Source: Hyaloraphidium curvatum SAG 235-1 (Eukaryota > Fungi > Monoblepharomycota). Taken from it: DNA of 64,000 nucleotides. Position numbers and translations under genes: made by a program. Below the pieces are notes generated by a model that was not told the DNA's origin, ran no database searches, and was given only the letters and a program-made list of their open reading frames with translations. The stretch lies in assembly GCA_025558095.1 (NCBI GenBank), contig JAIVFI010000025.1, positions 558,001-622,000 of the forward strand, in the 5' to 3' direction. Every line of letters starts with the position of its first letter. Position 1 is the stretch's first letter. This document shows, piece by piece, positions 31,827 through 40,186 of this stretch.

Positions 31827-33047
31827 CTAGAGGCTTCCCCCTGGGTGCCTCTTCCTCACGCCGCCTCGCTCGTTCCCCGCACCGCCCTTCGCACCGCCGC
31901 CCGTCTTCATCACGTCGACGAGGGTGTCGACCAACTCCCTCCCTCCGACGACCACCCGATCCCACCACTTGGGGTCGTCCGGCGTGAAGAAGGACTTGCA
32001 GTACAGCCGCCACGCGTCCTCCGGGTCGATCGCGAGCTGCTTCTCCCTGGTCGTCAGCGACGGCACCGAGTAGTGGTAGTGCCGGTTCTCCAGCGACATG
32101 ACCTCCATGTTGCGCAGCCCGCTGTAGGTGCCAAAGTCCTGGTGGATCCCCGTGAGCTTGGCCCTGCCGCCCTTCTTCTCAAGGAGGCCGGCGACGTATG
32201 CGTGCACCGAGTTTTTGAACAGCGCCGGGTTGAGCGTGCGCAGGTTCCTGAAGATGGGGTAGGCCTTCCTGAGCGCCTTGATCCTCGCGGCGCCCTCCTC
32301 CGACTCGTCGCGCAGGCACATGGTCTGCGACCCGCCCCACTCGTCCCCGATCCCCGTGTGGATGTCGACGATGGCCACGTGCTCGAGGGTGTCGGCCGAA
32401 AGGAGGCCGTCGAGGTACCTGCCCACGCTGGAAATGACGCCCTCGACGCCGTGGCCGCCGAAAAAGACGCCCTCGGGGTTGACGTACTGCGGGAAGCCGA
32501 CGGCGGTCGAGAGGGCCTTCATGCCCATTGTGCAGGCGCAGACCACGGTGCTGGCCTTGAACCGGAGCGAGGACAGGTACGCGGTCGGGGGCGCGGGCAC
32601 GTTGAGCAGGCCCTTGTCGACGAAGGGGGTGAACGTCTTGGGCGCGCCCTTGAGGCTGCCCGGGTCCGCAGTCCAGTTGCTCATGAGGTTGACGTTGCTT
32701 TCGTTGGCCCACCGGTTGTTGTGCGTGCCCCAAGGGTTGAGCAGGTGCACGAAGGCGGCGGCAAAGTCGCCGTCGGGGTCGCGGAACGCGTCGGGCAGGC
32801 TCCGAAGCAGGTCGATCTGGATCGCGGAGCCCGGCAGCGCCTCCACGCCGTGCGTGCCGGCGATGTGGATCAGCAGGTACTTGGGCCGCCGCGACCCGAC
32901 CAGCGCGACCTGCGTGTCGAGGTCCACGCCGTCGCGCGGGTCGCGCAGCGTATGCACCGTCGTGAGCTCGCGCGCGTGGGCGCGGGCGGCGGCGGTGAAC
33001 GCGTCCTTGGCCTCCACGTAGTTGCGGAGGACGCGGGTGCCCGACAT
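31827..33047 (-). CDS. DUF2817 / M14 zinc carboxypeptidase-like protein
   Basis: GTHGVEALPGSAIQ, HLLNPWG..RWANESNVNL, VDIHTGIG; intronless. Confidence 0.85.
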   Translation of the reverse strand: MSGTRVLRNYVEAKDAFTAAARAHARELTTVHTLRDPRDGVDLDTQVALVGSRRPKYLLIHIAGTHGVEALPGSAIQIDLLRSLPDAFRDPDGDFAAAFVHLLNPWGTHNNRWANESNVNLMSNWTADPGSLKGAPKTFTPFVDKGLLNVPAPPTAYLSSLRFKASTVVCACTMGMKALSTAVGFPQYVNPEGVFFGGHGVEGVISSVGRYLDGLLSADTLEHVAIVDIHTGIGDEWGGSQTMCLRDESEEGAARIKALRKAYPIFRNLRTLNPALFKNSVHAYVAGLLEKKGGRAKLTGIHQDFGTYSGLRNMEVMSLENRHYHYSVPSLTTREKQLAIDPEDAWRLYCKSFFTPDDPKWWDRVVVGGRELVDTLVDVMKTGGGAKGGAGNERGGVRKRHPGGSL

Positions 33048-34713
33048 GGTGGTTGTTCCGCGGCCGCCGGACGCGTCCTCGGCCTCCCGCTGGTTGCAGA
33101 GGACACTGCTGCCGGATGTAGTGGTTGATTCGCGGCCGCCGGAGTCCGGGAAGTGTCAGCAGAAATAGTCGGCGGAGCGGGCGGACCCTGGCGCGGCGAA
33201 TTCAGCCGCGGGTCAACCACTTCCCCCGCCACCGCGCCAAGCAGGAAAAAACAACCGGGCCCGATTGCCGACAGAGTGCAGAGAGAAGCAACGATAGACT
33301 CGAGCTCGGCTCCTCTCGGTGCAGCCGCATTCGCGTTCCGCGTCGCTCGGGCAGCGCACCGCGGCTCACTGTCTCGAGGCGAGAACAATGATGGTGATGT
33401 ATGATACCGGGCAACTGGGAACATGATCTTGAAGATTCTGCGGGACCTGAGTTCGTTGGGATTGATTGGCGTCGGAGACCGGGATGGAGTGTACTGAGGC
33501 GGGTCCTGTGAGGGGCCGATGTCGCCCAGCTTGTCCACCGTGGACCGGCAGCTCCGCTTTCGCCTCCCTCTAGGGCACCGGGACCGGACGCTAAGCCGCA
33601 TGCAGACCCGAAGGCCTTCTGGGAAACGTCGGCGTCGGCGAGGATGCCGAGGGAGCGGGCAGACAGGTAGACAGGAACGGCCCGCGAGGTAGAGCGGCCG
33701 GAAAAAGAGCCAGACGTAATGATCGAGATGAAGATGAGGAATACCACGAGGCCAGATGGTCTGGAGTCGACCTGTCCGAGCTCGTTCTGTCCACGGAGCT
33801 CGGGAGTCCGCGCCGCACGCCAGCAACACCAGTCGTCGAGTCCGACTCCTCATGCCCGCCCGGCGCCCCGTTCGCGCCGCCGCCGTCTTCTCTCCCTTTC
33901 CCGCTCAACTCCACCCTTCTCGTCGCGCACAGCGCCGGAGCGCACGTCGGGGAAGCGGCCGGCGGAGCGCCACGTCATCCGAGCTTTGACTTCGATGCTG
34001 GTACCGGCGCCGCCCTCGGGAGGTGCTGGAGCCGGAACGGGGCCCAAGCAGGGGCCGTATCTCGGCGGAAACCGTCGTGGGAACGGGGGCGAGCTGGACG
34101 GACCGGGCGCAAGACAGGGACGGGCTTCCGGCGCGGGGCGCCGTTCTCCCGGACGACGCCTCCCGTACCGGAGCCGGCACTGGTGCCGACAATCCGATGG
34201 TCCCCGCGCCCCACGAGCAGCTGCAAGACGTGTGCGGCGGCGGGCTGCGACCCAAGGGCCGGGAAGTCGAGGGCCAGCGCCACGTCATCACCGCTTCTGC
34301 CCCGCGTTTGCTCCGGCGCCGCCTTGCGGGGGTGCCGGTTCGGGCGCGGGGTTGAAGCAGGGGCGTGGAATCGGCGGAGGGGAGAAACGGGGGAGCCGGA
34401 CGGGGGCGAACGGCGGATGGCGGACGGCGGACGGCGGTGGGCTTCCAGCCCGGGGCGGGCTGCACTGGCGGACGGCACTTTTGGCACTTTTCAAGTGCTG
34501 TCTACCCAACAGTGTCCTTTCTTCGGGCCGGTCGGGCCGTTGATCTATCCCTGGGGACTGCGCACATTGCGTAATCCGTGGGAACAGACGTAGGGTCTCG
34601 CCAGAAGCGGGCGGGGCGGCGGCCGGAGGGCGGCTGGGGATCGTGCTTGGAACCTTCTGTCGAGAACGTCGAAGATTCCCCGCCCGTCGGTCTCCACCGC
34701 GACGACCGCCGCC

Positions 34714-35764
34714 ATGTCCGCCAAGCTCCCCACTGCAACACCCGCCATGCCCGATGACACCCTCCCGCCGTGGGTCCGCGCCCTCCTCGCCCCCGCCCCC
34801 GGCGCCACGCTCCTCGACATCGACCTCTCCTCGGCGGCCGGCGCGGGCCGCTACACCGCCGCCTGCCGCGGCGCACCCCTCTTCTCGCGGCACATCTCAC
34901 GCGCCGTCAATGCGAACGTCGACGCCGCGGTGCTCTGCGGCGAAGAGACGTCGGGCGGCAAGGCCGCCGGGACGGGCGAGATGTCGCTGCAGGGCGCGGC
35001 GTCAATGGCCGTGCTGGCAGAGACCATGCGTGATTTGGTCGGCGGCAAACGTTTGGCAAGGATCGAGATTGCGTACAAGGCCGGCGTGCCGGTGCCGGCG
35101 TGGGTCAGGTGCACCGGGCGCGTCACCGCGCTGCGCGGAGCCGAGATCGACACCGAGGCCGCGATCGTCGACCCCGCCACCTGGACCCCGTTGGTTACGG
35201 CCAAAGCAACGTGGGACTCGCAGCGGACGCGTGGAATCAGGGAATCGGTTCCGGAACACATTGCAGCCGTCGTTTCTCGTGGCCACAAATCGCCAGCGCT
35301 GATCGAAGCGGTTGGCCGCCTGGTCGCGCAGCCCACCTTCGGCGGCAATGGCATGGATAACATGCGGCACTGGAAGCATACCGTGTTTGCCGGGCCTTGC
35401 GACGTGTACTGCGAGGTGGACCGGGAGACGCTGCCGATCGCGCTCTACTTGATGGCCGAGTGGGTTTCTTCCTGCAGCTACGACATGATTAACGAGTGTG
35501 ACCCGTTGCCCGCTTCCCGCCTCCAGCACCTCGGCGTGCTTCAACGGCTGGGCCGACGCACAGCACCACATGGTGTTCACCGGCACCCTCTCCTTCGAGT
35601 TCGAGCCCGTCGTCATCTCCTCGGGCTGGGTGCACTTCGTCTCCCGACGGATCAAGGACGAGTCGAGAAAGATGGCGGTTGAATTCGAGGCGGAGACGGG
35701 CTGCGGCGTGCGGCTCGGGCGCGGGCAGGGGGTGATGGTCAAGGTCGGCAGGCTGAAGCTCTGA
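34714..35764 (+). CDS. Probable double HotDog-fold thioesterase-like protein
   Basis: LQGAASMAVLAET..IEIAYKAGVP and, after an intron ~35460-35527, FTGTLSFEF...RKMAVEFE; fold call is pattern-based. Confidence 0.55.
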
Positions 35765-36567
35765 TGGATCTGGACTGTGATGGACAGGATCGCAAACAAG
35801 GATTAGATGATAGTGGGCGCAATGTGGTAGTTTCTTCCGCGGATTGCTGGATCTGTTGACTTCGTTTGAACTGGGGCGAAGTGATAACTCGTGCGAGCGC
35901 CTTTCCACACTGTCACCTTACCGCCGCCCAATTCGCGTCCTGTGAGCACTGCTGCGCTTCACCCTTCACAGCTCGTGTTCTCTCGTCACGCTAGTCTGCT
36001 CGGGCGCCCCGCGACGGGGAACTCGGCGCCCACGAGTTGGGGAGACTTCGAGCGCCACGTCACCACCCCGGCTGCGATCCTGGGCAGTTCCGGCGCCGCC
36101 TTTCTGGTAGTGCCGGCGCGAGCACAGGGTTGGAGCCGCAGCGGACGGAAGCAGGAGCGTGGCTGGAACGAGGGAGCCGGACGGGGCCCGGATGAGGACA
36201 GACGCGGGCTTGACTTCCGCCGCGGGGGCGCTACTCTGGGGGACAGCTCACTTTCATCCGCGAGCCGTCGTTGTCGAAATGGTCGTCCCCGCGGCGATGG
36301 CTTGAAGACGGAGCGGCATGCTAACCGGGCGGTTGCGAGACCGGCCGTGCCTCTGTTAGGAAGCTTGCCGCATCGGCCGTGACTCGGTGGCCGTTGGGCG
36401 TGGACCAGTGTCGCATCCAGCGAGACCCTGGGCGCCGCGGGACTGGCTGGTCGGCATCCATATAGGGGCATCCTCGTGCATGTCCCGGATTGGTTGATCG
36501 GTCGGGGACGCTTCACGCATCCAGTGGATTCTTCGGCGGAGGCGGACCTGGACGCTGATGACTCCTT

Positions 36568-38315
36568 GGCGGGGCCGGCGATCTCGCTTCGCGGATCGCG
36601 CGCCCGCCGCGCGATTCCAGAAGTCGGTATAGCCAGCTCCGCCCGACAGCCAGCACAATTTGGTTTGCGGATTGGTGAACGGCAGAGGGCGGGGAGCGCG
36701 GGCCGTGCCGGTGGACCGCGCCATGTGCGGTCCGCGTGAAGTGAAGCGATACTCCCCGCCCATGCAGCCTTCGCCGGGACTTCCATCGTCGACCGGAAAG
36801 CTCCCGATCCCCTCGACGGGGCCTTTCTGGATGGACTGTGGGCAGGGCGGATGACCGGGCAGATCGGACCGCGTTGCGAGCGCGATCCTTTTCCTCTCGG
36901 TAGGCCAGCCCTGCCTCGCCTTCATGCGCATGGGCAATTTCTCATTGGAACACCATTCGTCGACGCTCTCTTGCGGGACTGGTTCGGGACGGACGCGGAC
37001 GCGGAGGGCTGGGCGGGGCTGGCGATCGTGCTTGGGATCGCGCACCCCGTGATCCGAAAAAAGGAGCGCGTGCCGAGGTCCCGCCCTACTTGGCCGAGCA
37101 ACTCGGGTTACGGAGCTCTGCGCACCATGGACGGGAGTTGGCCGCCGGGCGGGGAGCGCTTTGGCGGCGACGAACCAAGCTGCGGCATGGTCCGCATTGT
37201 CCAGCTCCCTGCCCCGTGCTTGCTACGAGCCCGAGAGCGGTCGCACTTCTGCGATTTGAACCGTTTGTGCAGAGCGGACGGCTGGAACGGACGGTGGGCA
37301 GGGCGGGCGACTGGGCTGATCGGACCGCGCCGCGAGGGCGATCCTTTTCTCCAGCGGTGCCCTGCCCTCGCACGCACAAGCTATCCGATTCCACCCTCTG
37401 CTCGACAGCGCTCTCTTTGGGGACCTGTCCGGGACGGACACGCACGGCTGTGGAGGGCAGGGCGGGGCCGCGATCTGGCTCTGTGGACTGTGCACCGCGC
37501 GATCCGTATGTGTAGAACGTGGACCCGCCCAATTTGGCATAACGACTTGGTTCTGCGGACGGTGTGAACGAGGACTGGCGGTGGCCACCGGGCGGGGAGC
37601 GCGACCACCGCGATGGACCAATCTGTGGCGTGGTCCGTGATCAGATGCTAGGGTCTCCCCGCCCCTTGCTCACCACAAGCCCGAAGGGCCCCGATGGACT
37701 TTCGAACCATGGACGCACTGTGGCGCAAGTATGGCGCAATGCGACCGGAACGGACGATGGGCAGGGCCGGACGATCGTGGCTGCTTCTCGGATCGCGCCG
37801 CCGGTGCGATCGGAAGCTGGATGTCGAGACGGCCCTGCCTTCTCCTCGCAAGCACGAGCATCCCGACGCTACCTTTTACTCGGACACTCGGCTCCTTGGG
37901 GCTTTGGGAGGACGGACGCCAACGCGGATCAAGAGGGCGGGGGCGGCGATCGGGCTCCTTGCTCGGATCGCATCGCATGCGTTCCGTGCGGAGTATGACC
38001 GTCCCCGCCTCGCATGAGGCCACATCGGATTCGGCTTGGAATGGATCGGGCATCCGGACCCGACGGGAACGGGAGATCGGATTGGGCGGGGCCGCAAGCT
38101 GGCACCCGTGGACCGCGCGGGACGTGCGGTCAGCGGGCACCTGTATACGGCCTCGCCCTTCGCGCTGTTCATTCGTCGACAGTTGACTGTCGGGAAGAGG
38201 AAATCGGAGGTCTGCTTGAGGGACGGCGGTGACGGGACGTGGGAGCTTCTTCGAAAGGATCAGGTTTGCAGTCCAATGTAATCCGTTCGCGCCGGGTATA
38301 GTCCGCACCGCCGTC
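36568..38315 (+). ncRNA. Array of 11-12 hairpins (~70-80 nt each) at ~150-nt spacing; putative polycistronic structured-RNA locus
   Basis: Closing stems at 36568/36643, 36687/36761, 36841/36915, 37011/37086, 37147/37214, 37296/37367, 37460/37530, 37590/37664, 37760/37839, 37936/38009, 38084/38158 and a divergent 38222/38315; compensatory changes; G-U wobbles on the + strand. Confidence 0.65.
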
Positions 38316-38345
38316 TTCCCCTCCTACTTCTTTCCCCACTGTCCC

Positions 38346-39242
38346 TCACAGTTTCAGCTTTATCCGGGTAAAGTCCCGCTTCGCCTCGAGCACGACCGTC
38401 CGTCCAGCGGCAAACGGTTCCAGGAGGGCCGTCAGCACGGCCGTCGGCGCGCCCAGCGTCCGGGGATCCGTCTCGAGGGGGTCCGAGGGGGCAGATTCGG
38501 CGGCGCGGGCGAGGAGTTGCCGGAGTTCTCTGTTGTCGAGGATCAGCCCCAAGGATCACGGTCGTGCCGAGCCGTCAGCCCACCTGTGAGTCCATCCCCT
38601 CCCCGAAGGATAGTCCCTCCCCCCGCCCAGCTCCTCCCACCACACCGCCCACCTCCCCCCGTCCTCGTTCTCGTCCCAGTTGGGCAGCACGTCGTCGTTC
38701 AGCTCGCCCCCCCTGGCGACCATGTCCCCCACGCTCCGGGTCATCAGCGCGTCCCTGTGCACCGTCTCTGTCGGCACGGAGCCGTAGCATAGCACGGGGA
38801 AGGGTAGCTTCAGGTCGTTCGGGGTGACCAGCACTCGGGGGGGGGAAGGGGGTTCGCCGGGCTCTGCGGTGGTCCGCATCCCGCGCGTCACGGCGTCCCC
38901 GTGCAGCCCGGCCAGCTGGTTCCTCAGATCGGGGCGGTACGGCAGGATGCACGCGGTGCCGCCCGCCCGCAGCACGCCCATCAGCGCGACGGCCATCTCG
39001 GTCAGCCGCCACGCGTCGCCCGGGTTCCCTTCGAGGTGCGCCGACGGGACGACGATGCCGACGACGTCGCCCTTGCGGAACGGCCACCAGTTGGCGAGCA
39101 CGTCTCTCAGAGACCGCGCGAACCGCTGCGAGGCCACGCGGAGGCCGCGGTACGTGAGCTGCGCAGGGCCGGCGCGCAGGGCGATGCGGTCGTCGCGGTC
39201 CGGGTCGGGCGAGGGGGCAAACACGGCGCCGTACGCGGACAT
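38346..39242 (-). CDS. Truncated AMP-binding (ANL / 4-coumarate-CoA-ligase-like) N-terminal domain protein
   Basis: DRIAL..QLTYRGLR..RFARSL..FRKGDVVGI..ALMGVLRAGG; no SSGTTG adenylation core; probable intron near 38555-38610. Confidence 0.55.
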
Positions 39243-39412
39243 CGCGTTGAGCCGTCTTCAGGGGGGGTGAGCGTGGGGGAATGAGGACGGGTTGGAGGTG
39301 GTTTCGGATCGGCTAATCGCGCGGCAGGCCGCGACGAGGGGCCGCCTCATGCCCAGCAGATGTATATGTATAATGAGGAGCTAGCAATCCCACCGTACAC
39401 TTAGAAATCCCC

Positions 39413-40186
39413 CTACGCCCCAAGAATCAGCTCCTCATCTACATTCAAACCAAATGCGACCGGCGCAGGGGCCGGAGCGTTGACAGCGGCGGCTTCGGTG
39501 CACAGCTGAAGCCAGTGTTGGAGTTGGGCCGCGACGCCAAGAGCCCAGGCCACCGCGATCCGTTCGCGGAAGCGCCGCACAAAACGAGAGTAAAGGCCAT
39601 CGAGGTCCACGGGCTGCCCATCGCGGCCGACGATCCCGGGATACTGGATGCGCCCCATCTCCGAGGAGAAGCGCGAGAAAGTGGCAGAGACAGCGCTGTA
39701 CGAATCAAAAGCAAGCACGATCAGAGGGTAGAAGTTGGCGTTGAAGACGAAACGGGAGTAGTCCTTCCTGGCGGCCTCGACCCGCCGTTCGACTGCGTGG
39801 CCCGGGACCGAGAAGACCAGGCCCGTGTGCAAATGGGCCATAGAGGTGAGGGTCTTGATCTCGAGCAACCACCGTTTCCGGGTTTCGCGGTGCGTGATGA
39901 GAACGTCGCCAAGGCGGCCAGCATCCGCAGGCGTGGGCGGGGTGACAGTCTCGTAGCCATGCACAAGGAGGTTTGGCGGCATGGGGTGCACGCGGAGGAG
40001 CGGGATGGAGCGAAGCGCCGCGCGGATGGCCGCGCAAATGTCGTCGTGACCAGGACTGAAGAGATCCCGGCCATAGCAGCCCGAGAACGCGTGCTCCCCC
40101 GTCAGCGACATGGCCGATCGCTTGCAGCCCCGCCGGCAGGGAAGGAAAGACCAGGGTAGTCGGCCTCGTGCAGGAGCGGGAGGCAA
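39413..40186 (-). CDS. Retrotransposon C-terminal CCHC knuckle plus restriction-like endonuclease (out of frame with RT)
   Basis: CRRGC...GEHAFSGC, GHDDI, LGDVLI, LLEIK. Confidence 0.8.
   Translation of the reverse strand: MPPAPARGRLPWSFLPCRRGCKRSAMSLTGEHAFSGCYGRDLFSPGHDDICAAIRAALRSIPLLRVHPMPPNLLVHGYETVTPPTPADAGRLGDVLITHRETRKRWLLEIKTLTSMAHLHTGLVFSVPGHAVERRVEAARKDYSRFVFNANFYPLIVLAFDSYSAVSATFSRFSSEMGRIQYPGIVGRDGQPVDLDGLYSRFVRRFRERIAVAWALGVAAQLQHWLQLCTEAAAVNAPAPAPVAFGLNVDEELILGA

Noticed and set aside
33100-34700. Possible gene in the 33.1-34.7 kb interval
   Set aside because: Only short hydrophobic or low-complexity ORFs with no recognisable motif; cannot be supported.
35891-38308. ORFs of 100-270 aa overlapping the array
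   Set aside because: Arg/Pro/Gly-rich, with no motif and no peptide periodicity matching the DNA periodicity; typical high-GC spurious ORFs.
36568-38315. tRNA cluster, CRISPR array, H/ACA snoRNA, SECIS or integron attC interpretation of the hairpin array
   Set aside because: Units are tRNA-sized but lack GTTCRA T-loops and D-loop consensus. There are no identical direct repeats or cas genes, no consistent ACA/H boxes or AUGA/GA quartets, and no RYYYAAC/GTTRRRY ends or cassette ORFs.
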